A stretch of DNA of 64,000 bases from Candidatus Eiseniibacteriota bacterium. GTDB taxonomy: Bacteria; Eisenbacteria; RBG-16-71-46. The translations under genes were made by a program, and so were the position numbers. Position 1 is the stretch's first letter. Every line of letters starts with the position of its first letter. The stretch is taken from positions 96,001-160,000 of the forward strand of contig CAVQXP010000004.1 in the NCBI GenBank assembly GCA_963717935.1, written 5' to 3'. Under the pieces are notes generated by a model. The model had not been told where the DNA came from, searched no databases, and was given only the letters and a program-made list of their open reading frames with translations. This document shows positions 50,465 to 60,939 of this stretch, one piece after another.

Positions 50465-52890
50465 CCTACCGAGCCCTCCATCTGGAGCTGGATGAGGCGG
50501 TTCATCTCGACCGCGTACTCCATCGGCAGCTCCTTCACGACCGGCTCGATGAAGCCGGCGACGATCATCGCCGCCGCCTCGTCCTTGGGCACGCCGCGGC
50601 TCGTCAGGTAGAAGAGCTGTTCGTCGCCGATCTTCGAGACCGTCGCCTCGTGGCCGATCGAGACCTGGTCCTCCTCGATCTCCATGGTCGGGTAGGTGTC
50701 CGAGCGCGAGGTCTCGTCCAGGATCAGCGCGTCGCAGTTCACCGTGCTGCGGCAGTCCACCGCGCCCTTGACGACCTTCACGAGCCCGCGGTAGCCGGCC
50801 CGCCCGCCGTCCTTGCTGATGGACTTCGAGACGATCTTGCTGGTGGTGTTGGGCGCGGCGTGCACCGCCTTCGCCCCCGCGTCCTGGTGCTGGCCCTTCC
50901 CCGCGAAGGCGATCGAGAGCACCTCGCCGTGCGCCCCCGGCTCCATCAGGTAGATCGCGGGGTACTTCATCGTGAGCTTGCTGTTGTGCACCACGAAGCC
51001 GTTGGCCACGAAGTTGTGCGTCCCTTCGATCTCGATGTCCCAGGTGTCCTGGACGTCGAGCATCTCGATGGCCGAGACGCGGCTGAAGTACACAGGCTGC
51101 TCGAGGCGACCCTCACCGAAGTAGAGGAAGTAGTGCGTGTACTCCTTCTCCTCTTTCCCGAGGGGCTTCCTCTCGACGCGGCTCCAACGGCTGATCTTGC
51201 GCGGATCGAGGCCGCAGGCGATGGCCAGGGCCTTCACATCCTCCAGCAGAGGGCGATTGACGCTCGTGATGGAGATGTTCTTGTGATTCGCGCGGAAGTG
51301 CCCGTCCGCGGCGACGTAGCCCTCGATGAACGCGAGCCGCTGCTCGCGGGGGAGCTGATACACCCACGCCGGCACGCGCTTCTCATGCGCCCTGCCAGCG
51401 AAGCCGAGGTGCATCAACCAGTCTCTCAGCAGCACCGAGTTGACCCGGATCACGCCCCGGCGAACCTCGAGGTCGACGCCAAAGAGTGCGGCCAGCGATT
51501 CCAGGACCCGGGTGTGCGACTTGTCCGCGGGCGGCACAGCGAAGTACACACGGTTGCGCTCCGCATACCCATCGCCCACGTAGACACCCAGGAGCCACAT
51601 CAACTCCTCGGTGCTCGATTCGGGCAGCGTGACCGGCTTCGTTCCGTGGTTCGGGATCGGTTCGAACGCCTTCGCCTTGCCGTGGTCCGGCAGGGTCCCG
51701 GAAATCGCCACCAGGTCCTTCGTGGTCAACTCGTCGAGTTGCTTCCAGGCCAGCGCGACGTGTTTGCCCTGCTTGGTGAGGGCCAGGAATGGGTGGTTGG
51801 CCGTGGCCCTGACCTCCCGGTGGTTCTCGGTGCGCAGCAGGTACACCTGCTGCCGCCCGCTGAAACGCTTGGCCAGCACCGGACGGCGCTGCCACTGCAT
51901 GTCATCTCCAAGTGAATAGACCATCGCGCCCGGCTCGATCCGCTCGATCGGCACGACGTCGTTGTTCACCAACACGCCGGAGTCCCCGGTCAGGCACCCC
52001 AGATTCCCGTCGACCCACTCCATGGTCGCGTCACGGTAGGCGGCGGCGCGCTTGGTCACCAGGTTGTAGACGTTGTTCGACCAGTTCTGGATGGTCGTGT
52101 AGCGGCAGCGCCCGCCGGCCTTGACGATGATCTCGACCACCGCCGAGTGCAGCGAGTCGCTCGAGTAGGTGGGCGCGGTGCAACCCTCGACGTAGTGCAC
52201 GTAGGCGCCCTCGTCCACGATGATGAGCGTGCGCTCGAACTGGCCCATGTCCCTGGTGTTGATGCGGAAGTAGGCCTGCAGCGGGACGTCCACGCGCACG
52301 CCCTTCGGCACGTAGATGAACGAGCCGCCCGACCAGACCGCGGAGTTGAGCGCCGCGAACTTGTTGTCGGTCGGCGGGATCACCGTGCCGAAGTACTGCC
52401 TGAACAGCTCCTCGTGGTCGCGCAGCGCGTGGTCGGTCGAGAGGAACAGCACGCCCAGCTTCTCGAGGTTCTCCTTGATCTTGTGGTAGACCACCTCGGA
52501 GTCGTACTGCGCGCCGACGCCCGAGAGGAACTTCTGCTCGGCCTCGGGGATGCCCAGCCGGTCGAAGGTGCGCTTCATGTCGGCCGGCACGTCCTCCCAG
52601 GACTTGGCCTCCTGCTCGGTCGGCTTGACGTAGTAGTAGATGTCGTCGAAATCGATCTGCGAGAGGTCGCCGCCCCAGCGGGGCAGGGGCTTCCTGCGGT
52701 AGGTCTCCAGCGCCTTGAGCCGGAACTCCAGCATCCAGGCCGGCTCGCCCTTCATCAGCGAGATCCCCCTGACGATCTCGGGGTCGAGGCCCTTGCGCGC
52801 CTTGAAGACGAACTGGTCGGCATCGTGGAAGCCGTACTTCTCCGTGTAGCTGTCGCGGATGCCTCCGGTGGGGCTCTCCGAAGCGGTCAT
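50461..52890 (-). CDS. sufB: Fe-S assembly scaffold SufB, intein-containing
   Basis: [40 protein letters not shown]; 471 aa after removing the intein. Confidence 0.97.
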   Translation of the reverse strand: MTASESPTGGIRDSYTEKYGFHDADQFVFKARKGLDPEIVRGISLMKGEPAWMLEFRLKALETYRRKPLPRWGGDLSQIDFDDIYYYVKPTEQEAKSWEDVPADMKRTFDRLGIPEAEQKFLSGVGAQYDSEVVYHKIKENLEKLGVLFLSTDHALRDHEELFRQYFGTVIPPTDNKFAALNSAVWSGGSFIYVPKGVRVDVPLQAYFRINTRDMGQFERTLIIVDEGAYVHYVEGCTAPTYSSDSLHSAVVEIIVKAGGRCRYTTIQNWSNNVYNLVTKRAAAYRDATMEWVDGNLGCLTGDSGVLVNNDVVPIERIEPGAMVYSLGDDMQWQRRPVLAKRFSGRQQVYLLRTENHREVRATANHPFLALTKQGKHVALAWKQLDELTTKDLVAISGTLPDHGKAKAFEPIPNHGTKPVTLPESSTEELMWLLGVYVGDGYAERNRVYFAVPPADKSHTRVLESLAALFGVDLEVRRGVIRVNSVLLRDWLMHLGFAGRAHEKRVPAWVYQLPREQRLAFIEGYVAADGHFRANHKNISITSVNRPLLEDVKALAIACGLDPRKISRWSRVERKPLGKEEKEYTHYFLYFGEGRLEQPVYFSRVSAIEMLDVQDTWDIEIEGTHNFVANGFVVHNSKLTMKYPAIYLMEPGAHGEVLSIAFAGKGQHQDAGAKAVHAAPNTTSKIVSKSISKDGGRAGYRGLVKVVKGAVDCRSTVNCDALILDETSRSDTYPTMEIEEDQVSIGHEATVSKIGDEQLFYLTSRGVPKDEAAAMIVAGFIEPVVKELPMEYAVEMNRLIQLQMEGSVG
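50983..51996 (-). mobile_element. Intein with LAGLIDADG homing endonuclease (338 aa)
   Basis: [65 protein letters not shown]. Confidence 0.97.
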
Positions 52891-53690
52891 CGCGTCGCCG
52901 ACTCCTTCCCTTCGCGGACGAAGTCGTAGCCGCGGCTCTCCAGCTCGAGCGCCAGCTCCGGGCCGCCCGACAGCGTGATGCGTCCGTCCAGCAGGACGTG
53001 GACGAAGTGCGGCTTGATGTAGTCCAGGATGCGCTGGTAGTGCGTGATCACCAGCACGCCGAGGTCCGGCCCCGAGAGGGCGTTCACGCCCTCGGAGACG
53101 ATGCGCAGCGCGTCGATGTCGAGCCCCGAGTCGGTCTCGTCCATGATGGCGATCTCGGGCTTGAGCATCGCCATCTGCAGGATCTCGGTGCGCTTCTTCT
53201 CGCCGCCCGAGAAGCCGTCGTTCAGGTAGCGCAGGGCGAACGATTCGTCCATCTTGAGCAGCGCCATGTGCTCGCGAAGCAGCGCGCGGAACTCCTTGGG
53301 GGCGATGCCGCGCTTCGCGGGCATGGAGCCGTCCGTGGCGGCCGTGCGCGGAGCGAGCCGCGCGTTGAGCGCGGTGCGCAGGAAGTTGGAGACCGTCACG
53401 CCGGGGATCGCGACCGGGTACTGGAAGGCCAGGAACAGTCCGGCGCGCGAGCGCGCGTCGGACTCCAGTCCGAGGAGGCTCTCGCCCTTGAAGAGGATGT
53501 CGCCGCCGGTCACTTCGTAGCGCGGGTGTCCCATGAGCGTGTTCGCGAGCGTGCTCTTGCCCGAGCCGTTCGGCCCCATCAGGGCGTGCACCTCGCCCTT
53601 GCGCACCTCGAGGCTCAGGCCCTTGAGGATCTCCTTGCCCTCCACCGCGACGTGGAGGTCCTTCACGACGAGATCGGCTGTCTGGCTCAT
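52887..53690 (-). CDS. sufC: Fe-S assembly ATPase SufC
   Basis: [36 protein letters not shown]. Confidence 0.97.
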   Translation of the reverse strand: MSQTADLVVKDLHVAVEGKEILKGLSLEVRKGEVHALMGPNGSGKSTLANTLMGHPRYEVTGGDILFKGESLLGLESDARSRAGLFLAFQYPVAIPGVTVSNFLRTALNARLAPRTAATDGSMPAKRGIAPKEFRALLREHMALLKMDESFALRYLNDGFSGGEKKRTEILQMAMLKPEIAIMDETDSGLDIDALRIVSEGVNALSGPDLGVLVITHYQRILDYIKPHFVHVLLDGRITLSGGPELALELESRGYDFVREGKESATR

Positions 53691-53737
53691 GTCCGGCCCT
53701 GCTCCTTCTTCGTTCAGGCCGCTCGCGGCCCGGGTCT

Positions 53738-54292
53738 TCACTGGATCTCTTCGACGCTCACGAACACCGGGTGCGAGCGTCGCGGGCCGCGGCCCGGCGA
53801 CGCGCTCTTCAATCCGGCCACCAGCGCCGGCGCCTGCTCCATCCCGTGGTCCTGCTGGCAGCCCACGCAACCCTTGGCCGTCGAGGCCGGGGCCGCGCAG
53901 ACGCGGCAGGCTTCGAGGTACGAGAGCCCGGCGGCCAGCTCGTGCTCGAGCTGCCGGGAGCGCCGCACCGCTTCACGCGTGTCCTCCAGCTTGCGCTTGA
54001 ACAGCGAGCGCAATTGGTCCATGGCCTCGGGGCCCAGCCCCGCGTCCCACCAGGCGTGGACCAGCTCGCGCATCTCCTGCAGCGAGAAGCCCATGCCGTT
54101 GAAGAGCTCGATCCAGCGCACGCGCTCGGCCGCGCTCGGCTCGTAGAGGCGGAAGCCGCCACTGGTGCGCGAAGCGGGCTGGAGGAGTCCAAGCTCCTCG
54201 TACAGGTGGATGGCCCGGACGGTCTTGCCCGTCAATCGGGCCAGATCACCGATGCGCAGGAGCCTGGGTGCTCGGGTCAGGTTGGTCGTCAT
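53738..54292 (-). CDS. MerR-family regulator with C-terminal four-Cys motif
   Basis: [37 protein letters not shown]; coiled coil; CRVC-x9-CVGC-x3-H. Confidence 0.92.
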   Translation of the reverse strand: MTTNLTRAPRLLRIGDLARLTGKTVRAIHLYEELGLLQPASRTSGGFRLYEPSAAERVRWIELFNGMGFSLQEMRELVHAWWDAGLGPEAMDQLRSLFKRKLEDTREAVRRSRQLEHELAAGLSYLEACRVCAAPASTAKGCVGCQQDHGMEQAPALVAGLKSASPGRGPRRSHPVFVSVEEIQ

Positions 54293-54487
54293 CAGTCACA
54301 CCCTTACGTACGCGTTAGATTCGACTCGCAAAGTAAATGATTCAAAAGGATATTTCAATCCTGGAACCCGTGGGTGGCGATGGGTCAGGCAGCCAGGCTC
54401 CCGAGACCAAATCTGGTCTCAATCTTGCCCGGCAAGCACCTCCGGCACCGGTGAGCACCGCTCAAACCCGTCGTCGTCCGTGGCGGA

Positions 54488-55546
54488 TCAGACCGCCCGC
54501 CGGTCGAGCTTCACGCCGTGGGCCGTGAGCCCGTCGAGCATGTGGCGGTACGCCCGCGGGTCGCGGGCCACGCGCTCGAGCGGCTGCACCCCCGGCGGCG
54601 GCACGAGCCCGCCCGCCACCATCTGCGCCGTGACCGCGGTCGTGAACGCCGTGGTCCGGGCCATGGCCGTCAGGCCCGTGGCCGGGTCGTAGCGGTCCAC
54701 CAGCGTGATCCGCTCCCCGCCGTCCGCCCAGCGCATGCGCACCAGCAGCACCACGAGGTCCAGCGGCGGGTCGAGCGTGCAGCGCGCGCGCAGCTCCTCG
54801 GCCAGCCTCCCGGCCGCGACCAGCGGCTTCACCGCCTCGGCGTGGCCCGGCCAGCGCAGCGTCTTCTCTCCCATCTCCGCCACGCCCGGCAGCGTGTCCA
54901 TGAGCGAGCGCAGTCCGTCGCTGTAGAAGGCCTCCATCTCGCCCACGCCCTCGACCGGCACGCGTTCCATGCCGCTGAAGACCGGTACGGCCACCTGCCG
55001 TCCGCCCTGCACGATGCGCGCGGGACGCACGTACTCCTCCAGCAGGTCGTCCAGCGACCAGGTCACGCAATAGCCGTAGGGCTGCGAGCGGTCCTGCGCC
55101 ACGCCACCCACCAGGATGACCAGCTCCTGCGGGGCGCCGCGCCGTGCGTACGCCTCGCCCGCCACCAGGTTCGAGATGCCCGGCGCCAGCCCCGCGTCCG
55201 GGACGATGGTCACGCCCGCCGCGCGCGCCTCGCCGTCCAGCCCGAGCGCGTCCTCGCCGCAGAAGGAGACGTCCACCAGGTTGCGCTTCGCCTCGATCGC
55301 GGCCCTCATGGCGGCGAAACCGTAGCGCGAGGGCAGCGCCCCCACCGCGAAGTCGTGCTCACCCATCAGGCGCACGACGGTCTCGGACGCCGAGCAGTCC
55401 GCCTGGCGCCAGACCAGGTTCGCGAGCGCGGGCAACCGCGGGTCGCGCACGTCGGCGACCGTGACGCGGGCCCGCGGCAGACGGGTGGCGAGATCGACGG
55501 CGATGACGCGCCCCTGCGCGCCTCCGCCCAGGACGAGGATCTTCAT
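54488..55546 (-). CDS. Saccharopine dehydrogenase-like / lysine 6-dehydrogenase family protein
   Basis: KILVLGGGAQG, DAGLAPGISN, Y.VTWS, EAFYSDGLRS, EKTLRWPGH, AMARTT. Confidence 0.88.
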   Translation of the reverse strand: MKILVLGGGAQGRVIAVDLATRLPRARVTVADVRDPRLPALANLVWRQADCSASETVVRLMGEHDFAVGALPSRYGFAAMRAAIEAKRNLVDVSFCGEDALGLDGEARAAGVTIVPDAGLAPGISNLVAGEAYARRGAPQELVILVGGVAQDRSQPYGYCVTWSLDDLLEEYVRPARIVQGGRQVAVPVFSGMERVPVEGVGEMEAFYSDGLRSLMDTLPGVAEMGEKTLRWPGHAEAVKPLVAAGRLAEELRARCTLDPPLDLVVLLVRMRWADGGERITLVDRYDPATGLTAMARTTAFTTAVTAQMVAGGLVPPPGVQPLERVARDPRAYRHMLDGLTAHGVKLDRRAV

Positions 55547-55988
55547 GGCTGCAGCCCTCCTGTGCTCGACGGGCGGATGGCCCGCTCCTGGGTCCTGCAG
55601 GGCGGCGTCCTCCCCCCGAAACACGGCAAGTTAGCAGAGAAGGCCGAGCCCCGCCCGCGCGCTTCCAAAGGCCCTGACACTCTGACAGAATGGGGACCAT
55701 CTTGGCTGGTCGGGCAGAAGAACCACGCCCCGACGGGCCCGGCTGGTGGAGGTGGGTCGGCGGACAACCACCTCCGCCGAAATACATTCAGTCACGGGAA
55801 TTAGGCTTCGCTCCGCAGGATACGGCCCGCCCTGCTCCCGCGCCGGGTGTCCGCGTTCCGGGCCGCCCGCCGGACAGGCCGGTTCGCGGGTCTGTGGCGC
55901 CGGTCGGCACAAGTGCTGCATGATGTCCGCCAACCGCTGCCGCGCACTGTGGTTGCACCACTCGAACGGCTCAGGAGAAAGGTCGCCC

Positions 55989-57140
55989 ATGCTCATCGGA
56001 GTCCCGCGAGAAGTCGCTCCCGGCGAGACCCGTGTCGCCGTCGTCCCCGAGACCGCAGGCAAGCTGGTGAAGGCCGGCCTGCAGGTCCTGGTGGAGACCG
56101 GCGCCGGGGTTCGCGCCCATTTCACCGACGAGGCGTATCGCGCCGCGGGGGCCAGCATCGCCCCGGACGCGCGCGAGGTCTTCACGAAGGCCGACGTGGT
56201 GCTCAAGGTGCAGGAGCCCATGCAGAGCCCGGCGCTCGGCGCGCACGAGGCGGACGTGATCCGCGAGGGTGCGGTGTACGTCTCGTTCCTGGGACGCGAT
56301 CCCGAGAGCGAGGCCGCGAAGAAGCTCAAGGCCCGCAAGGTCACCGCGCTCTCGATGGAGATGGTGCCGCGCACCTCCCGCGCGCAGAAGATGGATGCGC
56401 TGTCGTCCATGGCCTCGGTCGCCGGCTACAAGGCCTCGTTGATCGGCGCCCTGCGGCTCGGCAAGTTCTTCCAGCTCATGATGACCGCCGCCGGCACCAT
56501 CGCGCCCTCGCGGGTGTTCGTGTTCGGCGCGGGCGTGGCGGGCCTGCAGGCCATCGCCACCTGCCGCCGCCTCGGCGCCGTCGTCGAGGCCACCGACATC
56601 CGTCCCGCGGTGAAGGAGGAGGTGCAGAGCCTGGGCGCCACCTTCGTGGGCGCCGAGCTGCTCGACGCGTCCATGGTGGCCGCGGGCGGCTACGCCAAGG
56701 AGCTGACCCCCGAGCAGCGCGAGAAGCAGCGCCAGATCGTCGCCGAGCGCGTGAAGCAGGCCGACCTGGTGATCTGCACGGCCGCGGTCCCCGGACGGAA
56801 GGCGCCGGTGCTGGTCACGGCGCAGATGGTCAGGGACATGAAGCCCGGCTCGGTGATCGTGGACATGGCGGCCGAGACCGGCGGCAACTGCGAGCTGACC
56901 AAGGCCGGTGTCGAGACCGTCGAGCACGACGTCATCATCCTGGGCCCGGTCAACCTGCCGGCCCAGCTGCCGCTGCACGCCAGCCAGATGTACTCGCGCA
57001 ACCTGCACGCGCTGGTCATGAACTTCGTGAACAAGGAAGGCCAGCTCAATCTCGACTTCTCGGACGACATCAACCGCGACTCTTGCCTGGTCAAGGGGCC
57101 GGCCGTGAAGGAAGCGGCGGCGACGGAGAAGGCGTCATGA
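55989..57140 (+). CDS. pntA: NAD(P) transhydrogenase alpha, part 1 (dI)
   Basis: IGVPRE..GETRVA, RAQKMDALSS, GAGVAGLQA, GGYAKE, GGNCE. Confidence 0.96.
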   Translation: MLIGVPREVAPGETRVAVVPETAGKLVKAGLQVLVETGAGVRAHFTDEAYRAAGASIAPDAREVFTKADVVLKVQEPMQSPALGAHEADVIREGAVYVSFLGRDPESEAAKKLKARKVTALSMEMVPRTSRAQKMDALSSMASVAGYKASLIGALRLGKFFQLMMTAAGTIAPSRVFVFGAGVAGLQAIATCRRLGAVVEATDIRPAVKEEVQSLGATFVGAELLDASMVAAGGYAKELTPEQREKQRQIVAERVKQADLVICTAAVPGRKAPVLVTAQMVRDMKPGSVIVDMAAETGGNCELTKAGVETVEHDVIILGPVNLPAQLPLHASQMYSRNLHALVMNFVNKEGQLNLDFSDDINRDSCLVKGPAVKEAAATEKAS

Positions 57141-57445
57141 CCGAAGCCACGCTGATCCTGTACTCGATCTACATCTTCATGCTCGCGGTGTTCGTGGGCT
57201 TCGAGGTCATCTCGAAGGTGCCGGTGCAGCTGCACACGCCGCTCATGTCCGGCACGAACGCCATCCACGGCATCGTCATGCTGGGCGGCATGCTGGTGCT
57301 CGCCAAGGCCGACACCGCGCTGCTCACGTGGCTCGGGTTCGCGGCGGTGGTGCTGGGCGCGATGAACCTGTTCGGCGGGTTCGTGGTGACCGACCGCATG
57401 CTCGAGATGTTCAAGACCAAGAAGCCCGCCGGGAGGAAGGCATGA
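57137..57445 (+). CDS. pntA: NAD(P) transhydrogenase alpha, part 2 (membrane)
   Basis: VP..LHTPLMSGTNAI, GGFVVTDRMLEMF; ATGA overlap. Confidence 0.96.
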   Translation: MTEATLILYSIYIFMLAVFVGFEVISKVPVQLHTPLMSGTNAIHGIVMLGGMLVLAKADTALLTWLGFAAVVLGAMNLFGGFVVTDRMLEMFKTKKPAGRKA

Positions 57446-58863
57446 ACCCGAAACTCCTCTCCGACGTCGCCTACCTCACTTCGGCGATCCTCTTCATCAT
57501 CGGCCTGAAGTTCCTCAGCCATCCCAAGCGGGCGCGGCGCGGCAACCAGATGGCCGCCATCGGCATGCTGTTCGCCATCGTCGCGTCGTTCATCTTCATC
57601 TGGGGCGGCGGCGTCCAGGAGCTGTCGACCCGGAACGGCGTACTCATCATCGTCGGCATCCTGGTGGGCGGCCTGGCTGGCACGCTCGGCGCGCGCATCG
57701 TCGCGATGACCGACATGCCGCAGATGGTGGCGCTGCTCAACGGCTGCGGCGGCGGCGCCGCGGCCCTCATCTCGACCGTCGAGTTCGCGAACTTCGCGTC
57801 CGGCCGGGGCGAGAGCGATCCGCTCGCCTTCGGGGCCACGCTGTTCGGCGCCGTCATCGGCTCCCTGTCGTTCTGGGGCTCGCTGATGGCGTTCGGCAAG
57901 CTGAGCGGATTCATGGAGCACGCCATCACCTCGGCGTTCCAGAAGTTCGTCACGGTGGTCGTCTTCCTCGCCGTGATCGCGACGATCGTCTGGATCAGCG
58001 TGGGCGGTGGTGTCGTCGCCTTCTACACCCTGCTCGGCGTCTCGCTCCTGTTCTCGATCCTGATGGTCGTGCCCATCGGCGGCGCCGACATGCCGGTGGT
58101 CATCTCGCTGCTGAACTCGTGCACCGGTCTCGCGGTGGCGGCCACCGGCTTCGCACTGCGGGAGCCTGCGCTGATCATCAGCGGAACACTGGTGGGCGCG
58201 TCGGGCACGCTGCTCACGCTGCTCATGTGCAAGGCCATGAACCGCTCCATCACCAACGTGCTCTTCGCCGGCGTCGGCTCGGCACCGGCGGCCACCCCGG
58301 GCGCCACAGGCCCGAAGGGCCCCGCGCAGACCGCCCGCGAGATCTCGGCCGACGACCTGGCCATGCTGCTGGCCAACATCCAGTCGCTGATCGTCATCCC
58401 GGGTTACGGCATGGCCGTGGCGCAGGCACAGCACGTCACGCGCGAGCTGGCGGACATGCTGACGGCGAAGGGCGTGGACGTGAAGTACGCGGTGCACCCG
58501 GTGGCCGGCCGCATGCCCGGTCACATGAACGTGCTGCTGGCCGAGGCCAACGTCCCGTACGAGCAGCTCTTCGACCTCGACCAGATCAACCCGGAGTTCG
58601 AGCGCTGCGACGTGGCGCTGGTGATCGGCGCCAACGACGTGGTGAACCCCTGCGCTCGCTACGACAAGGCCAGCCCGATCTACGGCATGCCCATCCTGGA
58701 CGCCGACAAGGCCAAGAACATCATCGTGGTGAAGCGTAGCCTCAAGCCGGGCTTCGCCGGCATCGACAACGAGATCTACTTCAATCCGAAGACCTACATG
58801 TTCTTCGGCGACGCCAAGAACGCGATCCAGAAACTGGTGGAGGCGGTCAAGGCGGGCGACTAG
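57442..58863 (+). CDS. pntB: NAD(P) transhydrogenase beta
   Basis: MTDMPQMVA, IGGADMPVVIS, PGYGMAVAQAQ, HPVAGRMPGHMNVLLAEA, GANDVVNP. Confidence 0.97.
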   Translation: MNPKLLSDVAYLTSAILFIIGLKFLSHPKRARRGNQMAAIGMLFAIVASFIFIWGGGVQELSTRNGVLIIVGILVGGLAGTLGARIVAMTDMPQMVALLNGCGGGAAALISTVEFANFASGRGESDPLAFGATLFGAVIGSLSFWGSLMAFGKLSGFMEHAITSAFQKFVTVVVFLAVIATIVWISVGGGVVAFYTLLGVSLLFSILMVVPIGGADMPVVISLLNSCTGLAVAATGFALREPALIISGTLVGASGTLLTLLMCKAMNRSITNVLFAGVGSAPAATPGATGPKGPAQTAREISADDLAMLLANIQSLIVIPGYGMAVAQAQHVTRELADMLTAKGVDVKYAVHPVAGRMPGHMNVLLAEANVPYEQLFDLDQINPEFERCDVALVIGANDVVNPCARYDKASPIYGMPILDADKAKNIIVVKRSLKPGFAGIDNEIYFNPKTYMFFGDAKNAIQKLVEAVKAGD

Positions 58864-59043
58864 CCGCTTTCCTCGCGGCCCTTGCCGGTCGTGGACGGGC
58901 GGGACGCAAGTCCCGCCCGTTCCGCGTCCCGGGGCCCGCCACCGCAGGCCCGCTTTCGGGGCTGACACCGGACGGAGGCGGTCCTAGACTGGTGTGCGGG
59001 AGGGGCGTCCCGCCCCACCCGCAGCCAGACGAAGGAGGCCTTC

Positions 59044-59766
59044 ATGCCCTCCATCGACAGCATCCTCGACCGGCAGGTCCGGAGGTGGGAATCGGAGAAG
59101 TCCGCCCACGTCCACGAGCCCGGCTCGCGCGACCGGCCCGGAGCGACCGCCCAGCCCATCCTCACCGTCTCGCGCCAGCGCGGCAGCGGCGGCGCCCTCC
59201 TCGCGGAGCGGCTCGCCGGGCGCTTCGGCTACACGCTGCTCCACCGCGACCTGATCGACCGCATCTGCGAGTCCTCGGGCTACAAGCGCCGCATCGTCGA
59301 ATTGCTCGACGGGCACTCCCGTTCGCAGCTGCAGCTCTGGTTCGAGTCGGTGCTGCAGGGCGCCTACGTGGACGCCGGCGACTACCTCAAGGCCCTGCTC
59401 GAGGTCATCTACTCGATCTCGCAGCTCGGCGGCGTGGTCGTGGTGGGCCGCGGCGCCAACTTCATCCTCGGGCACGAGCGCGGCTTCCACATCCGGGTGG
59501 TGGCTCCGCGCGAGGTGCGCGTCAGGAACCTCGTGGAGCGCGAGAGGCTCGCCGAGCGCGACGCCCTGCGGGAGATCGAGAAGAGCGACCACGAGCGGAG
59601 CGATTGGATCCGCAAGGCCTGCGGGCGCTCGATCGACGACCCGCTGGGCTACGACCTGGTCATCAACCACCTCTCGATCTCGATGGAGTCGGCCACGAGC
59701 CTGGTGGCCGCGGCCGCGCAGGAGAAGTTCGAGAAGCTGAGGGCCGGGAGTCAAGGACTTGCCTGA
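59044..59766 (+). CDS. Cytidylate kinase-like family protein
   Basis: LTVSRQRGSGG, VVVGRGANFIL, SDHERS, YDLVIN. Confidence 0.85.
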   Translation: MPSIDSILDRQVRRWESEKSAHVHEPGSRDRPGATAQPILTVSRQRGSGGALLAERLAGRFGYTLLHRDLIDRICESSGYKRRIVELLDGHSRSQLQLWFESVLQGAYVDAGDYLKALLEVIYSISQLGGVVVVGRGANFILGHERGFHIRVVAPREVRVRNLVERERLAERDALREIEKSDHERSDWIRKACGRSIDDPLGYDLVINHLSISMESATSLVAAAAQEKFEKLRAGSQGLA

Positions 59767-60048
59767 CTTGAACAGGCGGGGCGCGCCTGCCAGCGTCTGC
59801 CCGCGGAGCGTCTTCCCTGCGCTGGGCCCCTGAGGTAGTCCGGTAATTGTCCGACAGGGGCGCCTGAGAAGGCGCCTGGTCTGCGTTCTCCGCGAGCCGC
59901 GCGGGCGGGCGGCTCCTTCGGGTCAAGAACGGGGTTCCAGCGGCGGGGAGAATCGGCGACAATCGCCCCGAATCACGCCACCCTGGGCCGCGCGGTGGAA
60001 TCGCGACGCCCCGCCGGACCACCCTCACGCCCTGACCGGGAGAACCGC

Positions 60049-60933
60049 ATGACGCCCAGCCGCTGGTCCCCCGTCGTGCTCGCGGCCGCGCTGCTCTGCC
60101 CTGCCCCCGCCGAGGCCGCCATGCCCGCGGCGCTCGACTCGCTGGTCGCCGCCGAGCGCGCCTTCGCCGGGATGTCGGTCGAGCAGGGCGTGCGCAACGC
60201 CTTCCTCGAGTACCTCGCCGGGGACGGCGTCATCTTCAGCCCGCTGGCGACCAACGGCCGGCAGGCCTGGGAGTCACGTGCCCCGGTCGCCGCCACGCTG
60301 ACGTGGGAGCCGGTCTTCGCGGAGGTCTCCGCGGCGGGCGACCTCGGGTACACGACCGGGCCCTGGGAGTTGAGGCCGAACGATTCGCAGCGCCCCACCG
60401 GCTACGGGCACTACGTCTCGGTCTGGCAGAAGCAGGCCGACGGGGCGTGGCGCGTGGCCGTGGACATCGGCATCACCCACGCGCAGCCCATGCGCGGCCT
60501 CGGGAACGTGGACTTCACCCCGGGCCCGCTCCACGTGGCGCCCCGGCGCAGGGCGGGCCCGATCGACCTCGCGGCGCTCGACCTGGCGTGGACCCGGGAC
60601 GCGCGCGCGAAGGGCTCGGCGGCGGCCTTCGCGCGCCGGGCCGCGCCCGACGTGCGCTTCTGCCGCGACCTCGTGGCCCCGGTGCTGGGCCTGCGCGGCG
60701 CGCGCGAGATGATGCTGGCCATCCCGGGCGTCACACTCTGGAATCCTCAGGCGCAGAAGGTCGCGCGCTCGGGTGACCTGGGCTGCACCTACGGGATCGT
60801 CGAGCGCCGGGGCCTGGGCGGCACCGCGCCCGACTCGAGCGTCTATCTCCACGTCTGGCGCCGGAACGCCGACGGCAGGTGGAAGGTAGCGCTCGCGCTG
60901 GAGAACGCGCTGCCCGGGAGCGAGAGGAAGTAG
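60049..60933 (+). CDS. Secreted tandem NTF2-like (DUF4440/SnoaL) protein
   Basis: Signal peptide; two copies of W.P...V...GDLG.T.G..Y..VW..ADG.W.V. Confidence 0.75.
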   Translation: MTPSRWSPVVLAAALLCPAPAEAAMPAALDSLVAAERAFAGMSVEQGVRNAFLEYLAGDGVIFSPLATNGRQAWESRAPVAATLTWEPVFAEVSAAGDLGYTTGPWELRPNDSQRPTGYGHYVSVWQKQADGAWRVAVDIGITHAQPMRGLGNVDFTPGPLHVAPRRRAGPIDLAALDLAWTRDARAKGSAAAFARRAAPDVRFCRDLVAPVLGLRGAREMMLAIPGVTLWNPQAQKVARSGDLGCTYGIVERRGLGGTAPDSSVYLHVWRRNADGRWKVALALENALPGSERK

Positions 60934-60939
60934 CGACTG

